A DNA stretch of 27,361 bases from Oopsacas minuta (lineage: Eukaryota; Animalia; Porifera): contig JAKMXF010000091.1 in assembly GCA_024704765.1 (NCBI GenBank), positions 1 through 27,361 of the forward strand, read 5' to 3'. A program made the translations under genes and the position numbers. This document shows positions 1-11,535 of the stretch, piece after piece (position 1 is the stretch's first letter; the number at the start of each line of letters is the position of its first letter). A model generated the notes under the pieces. That model had not been told where the DNA came from, did no database searches, and worked only from the letters and a program-made list of their open reading frames with translations.

Positions 1-99
1 AACCTTTACACAGTAGTTAGTAACTTAGGATAGACCTGATCTTATTTGTATTTCTATTAAACACTTACCCCCAGCTTGTTAAACTATCGTTGCGTCACA
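1..99 (+). mobile_element. 3' part of a short LTR (solo LTR, probably Gypsy-type)
   Basis: Bases 1-85 are identical to 11450-11534. The segment contains an ATTAAA polyA-like signal and ends in GCGTCACA, an imperfect inverted copy of the TGTAACGC start at 11386. It is followed by CTTT, the same 4-mer that precedes 11386. Confidence 0.8.
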
Positions 100-1659
100 C
101 TTTAAGATAAATGAATCAATTATTGTGTTCTTATTATTAACAAAACAAACGATAACATCTTGTATTCATGTTAATTTTGTAAAATATGAAGAATATAGAT
201 GGATCATGGTGGTTGATCTAGTGTAATCATATTAAATATCATTTAAAGGGTCTGTATATGCATAAATAGACCCCAAATACATAAGCCCTAATGGTAACTT
301 TTGGATATTAGATAAGTAAACCGTTATAACAAATTACGAGTGATTTATAAATTATGAATAGGGTTGTGACACTTTAGAAAGTCAAGCAATAATGCAGTCT
401 AAAGTTAGGATCTGGTATACCTGGATCCAAGACAGTGCAGCATCCCAGATTATATCCCCAGAGCCCATATCCAGCAAAGGTTACACTACCCTATGTTATA
501 CCATGGGGGATGAAGTGGGCTAGCTCAGAATATACATGCTTAAATCTGGGCTAAGACTTATTACCCTCCCTGCCTATATTATATGATGTGCAAAAGTGTG
601 GGCGTCTGGTGTCATCAAAGTATTCATATGCACTATACACGATGCAAAAAGTTACATGGAAACGTAACATAACAATGTTGCACCATGTATATTACCTTCT
701 TGGTCCCTAATTGTTCACTTCCTGAATGTGATAATGTATAAATCTGATGAATAACCAAATCGTGTACTCTGAGGATGGATTAAGGCCTGAAATACGTAAT
801 ACAATTTCACATGCTAAAGTGGACAGCTTATTCAGATATGGCGAGGAAAATTGTTAGGTCTCCATAGTCTATGAGCAGCTTTACCGATACAGTTGGTCAG
901 ATGTAAACCAGACAACCTTTAGGTGCTGTTAGTACTGTGTAGGGTAAGTGATGTTCACCCGAACCACTTTCATAAGGCTGCTAGGGTTCACCGACCACTT
1001 CAAAATCCACTGGAAGAATACTATACGTATAGTTTTCAATTAGGTATGAATGAAAGATTAGGAATATAAATGCTTAAATATACCAAAACATCATTTACAC
1101 CAGTGAATCTCAACTGGTGTATGCTGTAAACTATTGTGCCTCGAAACGTTGTTCAGTGTGCCACAAAAGTTTCTGTAGCACCAACTAACATGTTTGAGAT
1201 AATTTCAGAGCTTGGTATCTGGCCTCTGTGTGGTCGAAGCCAAAGGAAATACTCCTTAACACTAATAATTACATATAAAGGGTACAATCCTTGGAAATTC
1301 TGACACCACGTAGTTGTATCTAATTTAAATACACACTTCAAAGATTGCCTAACAATATTTAGACGAAATAAGTGCACCTCAGATGGAAAGGTTCATCTAT
1401 AATCATTGGGTCAACTTGGCTCCAGAGTCATGGTATGCGAAGAATATATTTTTCCCAATTGCTCAATAATTTTGTATTATGGTGTAGGTGAATCCGGGTT
1501 CGTACAGGAATTTAACTAATTCGTGTACGGACTCAGATTTACCCCCAAATGGCTCTGGTTGTGCATCGGATCCATATTTGGCTTATGTGTCCAGAATTAA
1601 TTGAAAAGCTGAAAGGCAACAAGTGCTGATTATTGGATACAGGTGTATTAAAGGTGTAG

Positions 1660-1880
1660 GTAGGACAAGTTCGTGTCGTCAAAGAATTTTCACACCTATG
1701 AATAAATTATGGCATAATTGTCAACACTTTTGAAATTTCGGATAATCACATTATTAAACATGTCACAGCCCTAGGAATACTTAATAGAATGAAATCTGAA
1801 ACATGGTTTCCTCTCAAAATGGTCAATTTCTTGACGTCATAATTTTTACTAATTGCAAACTCATCCTGGAATTAATTAGC
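1660..1880. repeat. Diverged dispersed repeat, copy A (copy B at about 14495-14715)
   Basis: Colinear shared blocks by eye: GGACAAGTTCG, TTCAC.C.TATGA..AAATTATG, ATTGTCAAC..TTTTGAA.TTTC, CTTGACGTCAT.ATT and AACTCAT. The family was not identified. Confidence 0.6.
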
Positions 1881-1989
1881 CAATGTGTCTGTAAAAAGTT
1901 GAAAAATTTTAGCTTCGACATTAATAATTGAGAATAACTGAGCGACGTAATGCCGAACTCCATATCGAAAACTAGCGGAGCACAGACCC

Positions 1990-2496
1990 GGCGCCTCATT
2001 CACTAAACAACTTACCTTAAGATTTGCTTAACTTCAGCAAAAACAAAGTATTTGCTTGAGTTTTAAGCAAACAAAATATTTGGTCAAACTTAAGTAAAAC
2101 TCATGTAAATCTTAAGTTAGATTTAATTTGGTATTCACTAAACAAAACTTAAGCAAAACTAAGCATTTGCTTAAAACTTACCCAAATATTACCAAAAAAC
2201 TTAAGTCATGCCTATAGTTGACTTAACTTTGATTGTCTATTCAAAGTATGTTATTAAGTTTTGAACATTTAGAAATACTTAGCGAAAACTTAACAAAATT
2301 TAGGTTATACTTAAGTATTAAGCAAATCCAATGTAAACTTAAGTTTTGCTTATAACTTAAGCAATTTTTAAGTTTTTTATTAAGTTTTGAATATTTAGGA
2401 ATACTTAACGAAAACATAAACTTTACTTAGAAATTGCTTAAGATTTACTTAATTTTAAGTTAAGCAAAACTCAAGTTGTTTAGTGAATGAGGCCCC
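1990..2496. mobile_element. MITE with about 25-bp TIRs, PIF/Harbinger-like
   Basis: The left end GGCGCCTCATTCACTAAACAACTT is the inverted copy of the right end AAGTTGTTTAGTGAATGAGGCCCC. The interior is full of CTTAAG/CTTAAC motifs, with an internal TIR-like copy near 2133. No clean TSD; the superfamily call rests only on the GGGGCC-type terminus. Confidence 0.7.
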
Positions 2497-2589
2497 CAGG
2501 ATTACGGTGGTCGCGGCCCCACATCACTGCTCGACAAATTTGGTTGTTTGATGGCGTTAACCACATATTTAGTTCGATTATGCACCAAA

Positions 2590-3040
2590 AACTTAAGCAG
2601 GTGGCTTAGTTAAGCCAACCAAATATTTCGATTCTAGATAGAGATTATATAATGGGTCTCGAAAAAGGGGTAAAATGGTAGCTTATTGCCACCAAATGTA
2701 AATTTTGGTGGCTTAGGTTTGCCACAAAGTAATGTAAATTTTGTCGAGCACTGTCCCACATATATCTTTATTTTTGGAACCATATTTATTTTCTACGAGC
2801 CCTGAGTCAATTCTTCACCATAAACTGCATTTATACAACATATAAGGTGGCATGATTATAAGAAGGCAATTATTACTCTCGATAAATTTGCAAAATCCTG
2901 AATTTGTTGGCTTATTTAAGCCATTAAGAGAGAATAGCCTTAGATAGAGATTATAACGTCAGTAAAAGAGTGAGATAAAATGGTGCATAATATTAACCAG
3001 ATTCAGACTTTGATGGCTTAGTTTAGCCGAACACATTTTG
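2590..3040. repeat. Degenerate local duplication (about 310-bp period) with TTTGGTGGCTTAG-type motifs
   Basis: The blocks GGCTTA.TTAAGCCA...TAGATAGAGATTATA...AAAATGGT...TTTG.TGGCTTAG occur at about 2600-2720 and again at about 2905-3030. Confidence 0.4.
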
Positions 3041-5145
3041 AATTTGTTAGCACCCGTCCAAGGATTTCGTTATTTGACGTGGCATCCGGGAAATTAATAC
3101 ATTTGTCTAGGTATTTTGTTGGTACCATATACAACTTTTCTTTAGGTTTTATATTATAAGTAAACCATTATTTGCTAATGCAACAGTTTCTCCAGAAATT
3201 CCTAGATACTTATTAACTACCGCTACATCAATTTTTCTACTTAAATAATTCACAATATTCCCAACAGACTAGTTAATGATGAAATTAATAAACAGGAGTG
3301 AGAATATATTGGACGGCCAAGGATTTTAGCGAAAGTCAATAGGAAATGGAACTCCGTCTAGGCATTGCAGTGACTAAGATTTGCACTTGCAAGTATGTGA
3401 GCAATGTAAATCCTGAATTTCAATTAGACAGTCAGACCATAGACCATAGTCAGACTACTATAGTCAATGTTGATAAATAACTTCTTAACAAAACTTGTAG
3501 TCAGACCAAATTTACCATGACGCTCCCCTCTGGTGGTGTACGGCCCTGTTTGGAAATAAACATTGTACGTGCCCTAAATGGGCCTGCGCAGCTGTTATAG
3601 TGTTACAACAAGAGGCTATAATGAACTATTTAAATCGCAATGGATACAATTTCGATAATTTCTCTTATTTGCCAAACTCTGGGCACGTAGTGCTAGTACA
3701 TATTTGTCAAGTCTCACGAATCCAAAGTAAGACATCGGATTTGAACGCCATCTCACTCTCAATTTACCTTCTCATTTTAAACATTAAGGCAAATTGAAGT
3801 TTTAGTGATTCATAACGAAATACACACTAATTCGCCATTATGGTAGGTAAATTCGTGTTAGCCATTAATTTCATTTCAAAATCTGGCGAAAATGAATTGA
3901 TCATAGGCAAATATCACTGATATATTTTTCCAAAAGTTGACAACTATGCAAGTATTTTATGTTGAGTAGGGAACAAAACCAATATAAGGAATTTGTAGGT
4001 TAAATATTTAAGCCAACGGAGGGTATATGTAATATATTTTGACATTTGAATTATTTGAATAAAATTGGTGATCACGATCATCATCATTCGATAAAAATGG
4101 TTGAAGAACGTGATCCCGATACTGGCACCAAAATGATCGCGATCACTTTGATCACTTTTCTGAAATATTTATCCCCCTCATATAGGGAGAAGCTCTATTA
4201 CATGCGTCCGTCCTTCCTTCGGCGCGGTAGTGATAAACCCGCTAGTCCAATTGTCATAATAATTATAATATAAATTTTGGGGCCTAGATTCGAAAATTCA
4301 TAAATTTAGTCATCCCAAATAACCGAAAATATAATCGAAACGTTTTCGAGATAAGATGATTGCTATCTTCCATTCGATTACTGTATTGAAAATGATCTGC
4401 AATAATCCTACGATCGTCAAAAACGCGAACGCGATCTTGTGATCAAAGATACTAATGCCAGTGTACTTTGTGGTTTGAATGCAAAGAATAGACAAAAAAT
4501 TGATTCATTTTTAACGGTTTAAACCCGTTCTTGGTTGATGAATAATGTGAATTTCAAATTTCAATTCGATCGAATACATATAGGTCTCACAATTTGAATT
4601 TGAAGAATCAATGAAAAATAGTTCTATTTTAGGTTTCAGTCATGCTAATATTAGCAGCAATTCCAATTTACTTGAGAGTGTAACAAACTTTTGCGAATCA
4701 AATTTATTTAACTTTCTCAACACAATTCAGTTATGCTAAATCTGATTTTCTGATTTTCACATGTGTATCTTCACAACAAGTTGATTCAAAGTTGATTTGA
4801 TTAATGGTACTTTAGAGGTACAATATTTTTCAAGGAGTACTTCCAAATGACCGCATAAAAAACACCACTTAAAATCAATCCCAAAAGGCATTATAATATC
4901 TAGAAAGACATATTAAAAGCTACGTCCCGAAACAGTGCGCAACATGAAAATTTCAGCGAATTCCATTGTCACCCTTTTGTTGCTATGCAATTTCTTAATG
5001 ATTAATTTAACAAAGTATTTCAATATGCTAAATTTATCTACTCGATTGCTGCATTCGAATTACCAATAATGACTAAATACAGTATTAATATGACAACATT
5101 AACAAATTGATTTGCTGGTAATCAACCATTCTCTACGCATTTTCA

Positions 5146-6819
5146 ATGCCTCAAGAACTAACTTTCCCTAACTCTCATCTTGAATTTGCGAGGATTTTGA
5201 AAGACAACAACAACTGTATCTCGACGACACTCAGTTTCGTTTCGCAGAACGTTCAACTAGACTTCGAAGAAAGGAAACAATTGGAAGCAACGCTCCTCCG
5301 AGTAAAAAGCAGGGTTAGGAAGGCAAAGAAACCGCTAGATTACTTAGAGGGAGACTGGTGGCATTATAGTACATCCATGGAACCAGAGTTGAAGAGGAAC
5401 CGATTTTATTATACCGTTGTGCTGTCCTCAGATTATGAAGAAGTCATATCCACACTCTCTGCAAACCATAAGAAGAGTTTTGACAATCTCACGATGCAAC
5501 AACAAGAACGCTCACGACTCTCTAACGTCCTGGAATCTACCAAAGCACTCTCAATTGTTGACAATACTTCAGAAATCAAGATAACTACACTTGCCTTGCA
5601 ACTGCTATCGAGCCAAACAAAACAGCGAGAAATGGCAAAAAGAAACAGCATAGTTTTACAGTCGGATATTCAAATGTACCCCAATCCTGAAACTCCACTT
5701 AGTGCGTATATGCCATCAGCCATATGCCCACCACGTCCGCCATACTTTTGCAGGCAGATGTCCACGCTACCGCCACCTCGAGCTCAAGATTTTCCCCTGC
5801 AAATCCAAATAGCAGACAGACTAGATGGCTCTGGATGTCACACTGTATATAATCAATCAAACACGTATACAGATACTAAGTCGTTTATCTTATTCTGTTT
5901 CAGGTCTGTAAAGATAATAGGCAATAGCAGCTCCGAACTCTTGAAAAATAACACTCCCAATTCTCCTTTTCCTCAACGTCCGATTTTCAGATCGCTGTGA
6001 AAGAAAACGAAGCTAATATCAAGCGATTTATGGACGATCTAATCAATTCTGATACTGACCTGATGAGAAGTGAAGGATTCACTCTTGCCCCTGATCAGTA
6101 AGTACGAGTCGACATTGTTCGATCAATGCTTGATGGGAAAATGGCAGGAATTCTATCTGGGGCAGGTTGGGCAAGTTGTCAATTATGCACAGCAACACAT
6201 AAGGAACTCAGTGATCGTGAGTTGATAATACAAGGATTTCCTATCAACAGGCACATTACTGATGCAATTCAACTTTCCGGCGAAGGAGAAGACAGCGATT
6301 TCTTTTTCACTTCTTTCAAACCAACATTGTAACATAACGCATGAACCAACCTCAACAATACACATCCTTCCAGCATCTCCGTTTCACTCGTACACTGGTA
6401 TTTCAGGTGGTTCAATCTACTAATTTATCATTTGAATTGTGGAAAACGTACATGGTCACCGACATCTTTGGCGATAAAATTCGATGATACAATATTTGTC
6501 AGAAATCTGATTGAAGGGAAGACAGGAATGAGGATAGATTAGCCGAATGCAATTGGAGGTGCTAGCTCTACTGGTAGTGTACTCGTCGAGCATTTTCCTG
6601 TGATTCGAAATAAATTGAGTGTATATCACCAGTTGTTGAAACAGAACACAAAGAAACACTTTCAAAACTACATACACACTTGTTAGCAATCTTCGAACAA
6701 TCAATTCAGAAAGGATCATTAACACCGAGGTCTTTGGTGATCTATGCACCGATACATACCTCTTAATCGTTGATTCATTACCTTGGGCGAGCATTACCCC
6801 AACATTATGCAGGGTATTA
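5146..6819 (+). pseudogene. Transib/RAG1-like DDE transposase pseudogene (multiple frameshifts and stops, 3' end cut by a mariner)
   Basis: Manual translation across frames gives Transib/RAG1-core motifs in the correct order: RLDGSGCHTVYNQ (first Asp, 5824), NNTPNSPFPQRPI..IAVKE, VRSMLDGKMAGILSGAGWASCQLC (second Asp at 6132 plus Zn CxxC), PASPFHSY, KTGMRID*PNAIGGASSTGS(V)TRRAF, and LPWASITPTL..VL. The third catalytic Glu is absent because of the truncation. A decayed frame may extend upstream to about 4848. No left TIR was recognised. Confidence 0.85.
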
Positions 6820-7890
6820 CTACGGGCGTTCAATAAGTAGTCGTTATCACATAGTAATTCTAAATTTTTCTAGCATAATTGTGTATTCAGTGATGGAGTT
6901 TCTCAAAGTATTCCCCTTTGTGCTGTAAAACCAATTTCAGTCTTTTTATCCAATCGAATAATACATTTTTATAGTCTTCGGTTGGTATACCTTTCATATA
7001 CTAGAAAATCGCTGATCCTATCTGAGCTCAACTCTCGAATTTCCTGCCTGATAGATGTTTCTTTAACTTTTGAAACAACCAAAAGTCACAAGGAGCTAGA
7101 TCTGGCGAGTAGGGAAGGTGATCTAGCTCCACAATCTTCATAGTTTCCAACTTTTCTCTGAACAACTTTGTTTTGTGCGGTCGGGTGTTATCATGCTATA
7201 TTCGCAATCCACGAGTTCCAGACCTAGGCCGTCGATTTTTGGTGGACTTTTTCAAACTCTGTTAGACACTCATTGGTGTAGAAGGAGCCTGTTATTGTTT
7301 GGTTTTTGGGGACACAAATCTGGCATACTGGACCATTAGAATAAAAAAATATACAGTACATAACCTTCGGGTCCCGAAAGTCATGTCGAGGGATCATTGG
7401 TGGGTCCTGTCCTTTTGCACCCATACTTTGTTTGCTTCTTTTGATAAAGGCTCAGAATAACGTACCCAAGTTTCGTCACCTGTTACTATCTCAAATAACC
7501 TTCTGGAGTAAGCTCGATCAAACTCAGAGAGCAATTTAGTAGCGCATTGGATCCTCTTTGCCTTCTGGGCCTGAGTTAGTAAATGCGGCACCCATCGAGC
7601 ACATATCTTTCGGAATTTCATATTTTCATGTACAATAGCTTGAGCAGTTCCCGTTGAAATCCCAACCGCATCAGCTATCTCCACAAGAGTGTTATGAGGG
7701 TCTTCTTCAAGTAACGCGGAGACCTCAAGGATATTTTTGTCACTGGCGCTGGAAACTGGTCCTATTCTTGCCCCATCTTCAATGGACACTCTACCTTCAC
7801 GAAAGCGTCTAGCCCAATCAACAACAGTGGAATATGGAAGTGCTGTATCCTTATAAACTTCCTCTAAATCTTTGTGGACATCTGTTGATA
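6820..7890 (-). mobile_element. Tc1/mariner (DD34D) transposon, frameshifted; 5' end lost at the N gap
   Basis: Motifs: HTH region, ARWVPHLL, IVTGDETW, HDNTRPH and YSPDLAPCD, with 34 residues counted between D2 and D3. Stop codon at 6889-6887. The TIR CTACGGGCGTTCAATAAGT starts at 6820, after TA at 6818-6819. Confidence 0.93.
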
Positions 7891-7891
7891 N
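7891..7891. other. Assembly junction (N)
   Basis: A single n; unrelated elements (mariner and Tigger) abut on either side. Confidence 0.95.
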
Positions 7892-8348
7892 CTCTTCCAA
7901 TCTTCAGCCCTTTCAATACTAGCATCTTGTTTTCTCCTTGTTCTTGCTTATAGATTAGATCGTGACGAAGTTTCCACCGTCCCAGCCACCCATCAGAAGG
8001 AATAAAATCAGAACCATTGGCAAGAGCAATTTCAGTTGCTTTTTGTCTCAAAATTACTCCTGAAATGCGTGCACCTTGTGCTAATTTTTGTTTAAGCCAC
8101 AAAAATAGAGCATTACTAACATCTTCTTCTTTAGATTTTCTTTGACGTTTGCGCATTCCATTACCACTATCTTCAAATTGTTCAAATATTTCGCCTTTCA
8201 ATGATACTAATCTTGATACTTGTGAAGTAGAGATACCGTACTTGACTGCTACGCTTTTCTGAGCAGCACGACCTCCTACTTCGAACTCCTTTAGTAATTT
8301 AACTTTCTCCTGTAGTGCCAGATCATTCCGTGATTTAGAAGTTGTCAT
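7892..8348 (-). CDS. pogo/Tigger transposase N-terminus (CENP-B-type HTH_psq plus Tc5 HTH), open until the N gap
   Basis: MTTSKSRNDLALQEKVKLL...VAVKYGISTSQVSRL...KRQRKSKEEDVSNALFLWLKQKLAQGARISGVILRQKA...FIPSDGWLGRWKLRH..GE is a typical Tigger/CENP-B DNA-binding region. The DDE domain is not in the window. Confidence 0.9.
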
Positions 8349-8993
8349 GGAGAGTTGTGCTACGGTTGCGATATTAGGTAGAAAAGTAAATAATTAAAGT
8401 TTAAACAATTACTGTAACCTCAATTATCCGTACTCCATAGGACCATTCAAAACGTTTGGATAATCAAGAATCTGGATTATTGAGGTAATTTATGCATGGT
8501 GGAATAGGGAATGCGACCTGAGGCGGGTGAGTAAAGTCATCATCTTAGTTTTGTAAATTGTATCGAATTGGTGTTGTTGATTGTAGAATATTAAAATTCC
8601 TAGTTTTAAAACCAAACCACATTACAATGACTATAAACAAATATACAATTTGGATTAATTGGGATTTTCATCCCAATTAACCGACTATGAACTTTCATAT
8701 AATCGGTTAACCGGGATAAGAAATCCCTATTAACTCATTAGGAACTTCATACAACCGGTTAATCGGGATAGAAATCCCTATTAACCGATTAGGAACTTCA
8801 TATAATTGGTTAATCAGGATAAGAAATCCTAATTGAACCGATTAGGAACTTTCAAATTTTCAGTTAATCGGGATAAAAAATCCCGATTAACCGATTCGAT
8901 GTCCCAATTGTCCGACGAGTTTTCTATGTAAAAAATCTGTTCCCCAACTTTTGTCCCGTTTAAGCGGATATCCCGATTAAGCGGCTTCCACTG
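8349..8993 (-). mobile_element. 5' end of the pogo/Tigger element (TIR CAGTGGAAGCCGCTTAATCGGGA)
   Basis: The TIR ends at 8993 and is followed by TA. 8525-8993 is homologous (inverted) to the first ~330 bp of the MITE at 10529-11009. A second TIR-like inverted repeat (ACCTCAATTATCC / GGATTATTGAGGT) lies at about 8417-8486. Confidence 0.8.
8650..8900. repeat. Five tandem ~51-bp palindromic units inside the Tigger 5' end
   Basis: Consensus AATCGGTTAATCGGGATAAGAAATCCCTATTAACCGATTAGGAACTTCATAT. Units start near 8650, 8701, 8752, 8803 and 8858, and each folds into a hairpin. Confidence 0.85.
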
Positions 8994-9178
8994 TATTCTA
9001 CAATTTCCTGCAGCTAATCATAAATTTTTTATGCTTAGGAGTATAGCATCATGGATAACTCGAAAGATTCTAGGTAATTGGTGTTGAAAAGCACTGCTCT
9101 ATATTATTTCATGCAAATAATTATGGTTCGAAAGTCACTTAAATCACCTAATGTAATTCGGAGTCAGGAGTAATATGC

Positions 9179-9196
9179 ATATATATATATATATAT
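9179..9196. repeat. (AT)9 microsatellite
   Basis: Read directly from the sequence. Confidence 0.95.
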
Positions 9197-10528
9197 GGCA
9201 GACCATTAAGCGCTCCTATCCCGAAATGGAGAGGCCCTCTCACCTCCCATTCCATATGAAAATTTAACCATTGTACATTAGGTAAAATTCAGAAATTGTA
9301 CTACGATCCCCAGCAACCACTTGTTATAGCAACAAAAGTAGAATACTGAATTTATGTAGGATGTCTATGAAATTTGTAAATTGTTTTCAATTCAATGAGT
9401 TGCGCTCCTTTAATGCTCTAATATATGTTGCAATATCAAGTCTGAATTTGTCCCTTTCCTAACAGCCTATTATCAATAGATATTTAAAGGAGATTTTAGA
9501 ACGATCACTCTTTTAGTACTCCATCTAATTCAATATCTATTATATATTTCTTTTAGTGAGTGTCTAATAATTTTACACTGCTTATTGGGTAAATCTTACA
9601 ATATTTCGTGTGACATTTATCTTTAGAGAATTTGATATATTCTCTTTGCTAATACAACGAATAAAGTATCTTGTGTTATAAACATATTTTCAACTCGTAT
9701 ATACTAAATTCGGGTTGAGATTCTTCTAAGGGTGGAGAAAAGTTATTCACATATTTGTGAGTTGATATTCTTCATTTCATATGTTTTGACAAATCTCACG
9801 CAATAAGGGAAGTTATAATTGTGATTATTGAATGAAATCATTGCAATTCCATCCAGTAAAATTCATCAGGATAATCTTTGTGACTAAATTTTAATTATCC
9901 TATTTTTGAAAATAGGATAAATAATATTTTCCGTCGTTCCATCACTCGTAGTTGAGTATTATTTGCTCTAGTAACAGTATAAGAGATAACATAGTATTAG
10001 CTATTATACATATGGCTAGTATTTAATGCTTTGATATAACTTGAAATATATTAATTTGGACGAGTGTGAAGTTCGCAGCGCGCTGATGCATCAAGTTATG
10101 AGTACGACTAAAGGCATTATATCTCAGTCACCTCTTGGTTAATCGAGATGAAATCTCGCATGTAGCATTGTCTCGTGTGAGCCTTTCTCATATTCGATAA
10201 TTAATCTTGATGACACCTTTCTCCACACAATAACATTGCAAATTTAGTAATACTATATCTTCATAGGGGAATATTCAGCACAATTAAAGAACATAATCTA
10301 TCAGTCCATTTCCAATCAATTCTACTGAAATTTGTTGAATACCTCAGTAATGTGCGTGGCTTTAATCTTATTCAATAATTAATCCTGATCACACCTACTC
10401 TTGCTGTAATGACATTGCAAAAATTGTAGTAGTAAATCCCCTTTAATAGTCAGGGCTGGCTGCTACTCTGAAATTGTGACAAGTTGAGTAAGGGCACCAA
10501 AATTGTTACAAAGTTACAGTAGGGTATA

Positions 10529-11009
10529 CAGTGGAAGCCGCTTAATCGGGACTCGGATAATCGGAATATCCGCTTAAACGGGACAATGATTTGGGAACAG
10601 ATTTTTTACATAGAAAAATCACCGATAATTCGGACATCAAATCGGTTAATCAAGATTTTTTATCCCAATTAGCCGAATATGAACTTTGTATTCGCTTAAT
10701 TGGGATTTCATCGCAAATAAACGATTGTATATTTATTCAGAATCATGTAACCAGGTTTGTTTATAAAACTAGGAATTTTATTATTCTACAACCATAACAA
10801 TACCACACCGATACAATTACAATTTACAAACTAAGATTATTAACTCTGCTCACTCCCTATAAAATTAAAATTTAGTAGTAGTTAATACGATTAATCTGGT
10901 TATGATCTGAGACCATGGAAACTAATTTTGAATACCTACATGTATCATAATCGGTTAATCGGGACAAAACATTGACTCCAGAGCTGTCCCGATTAGGCGG
11001 CTTCCACTA
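10529..11009 (+). mobile_element. Complete 481-bp pogo/Tigger-family MITE
   Basis: TA|CAGTGGAAGCCGCTTAATCGGGAC ... GTCCCGATTAGGCGGCTTCCACTA|TA, with TIRs and a TA TSD. No coding capacity. Confidence 0.92.
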
Positions 11010-11385
11010 TATTTGAGACTTTAGAATGAGGGCCATTTATTTGAAGATAGAGGTGTGATGCACAATCTATTTTATTGTGCCACTTTGGGCCCATTTTAAG
11101 GCGTCTACATGTATACAACTCATCTAGTTTGAATCGAAACGAATTTTATGTGGCAACATTCCGTACTCGAATGTGTCTCAAATATATCGAGTGACCCCTT
11201 TGACCCCGATAGGCTAGATGAGTCTAGTTATGAACATACAGACCCTTTAAATGATCTAAAATCCAATTTTACGCCTGATTGCCCAAAGTCAATACATGTG
11301 AGTAGTTTGAGAGTTTATCTCCAAGTATAAATCACAATATGTAGATCAAGCGCGGCACCAGTCATAGTGGCTCCTGCAGTACTTT

Positions 11386-11534
11386 TGTAACGCTGACGCA
11401 TTATTAGTAAACCATAACATAATATACTAGTAGGTTAACGTAGTACTCCAACCTTTACACAGTAGTTAGTAACTTAGGATAGACCTGATCTTATTTGTAT
11501 TTCTATTAAACACTTACCCCCAGCTTGTTAAACT
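11386..11534 (+). mobile_element. 5' part of the short LTR (TG start)
   Basis: CTTT|TGTAACGC... The last 85 bp are identical to window bases 1-85, and the segment ends at the N. Confidence 0.8.
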
Positions 11535-11535
11535 N
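11535..11535. other. Assembly junction (N)
   Basis: A single n between the LTR and the Chapaev3 3' fragment. Confidence 0.95.

Noticed and set aside
745-805. Hammerhead ribozyme or Penelope end (CTGAGGA...GAAA-TACGTA)
   Set aside because: The core-like words are present, but stem II lacks the closing pair and no stem I partner or properly placed UH could be built.
740-960. Gag relic (EDGLRPEIR...C..C) after the LTR
   Set aside because: Only one short motif, several stops, no PBS after the LTR, and the LTR looks solo.
4065-4450. ORFs 4046-4273 and 4310-4495, or a Transib left end
   Set aside because: The region is rich in GATC/CGATC motifs, suggesting decayed subterminal repeats. No protein family was recognised and no CAC-type TIR was found.
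8650-8900. CRISPR array
   Set aside because: The linkers are short and conserved rather than unique spacers, the units are built from the TIR motif, no cas genes are present, and the context is eukaryotic.
11148-11330. Possible exon ending at a CAT|GTGAGT donor
   Set aside because: No compatible acceptor or recognisable homology; it is flanked by TEs.
99-11386. Full-length LTR retrotransposon bounded by the two LTR matches
   Set aside because: No PBS, PPT or gag-pol; the TSD-like CTTT lies on the inner sides; and two N junctions fall in or at the edge of the interval.
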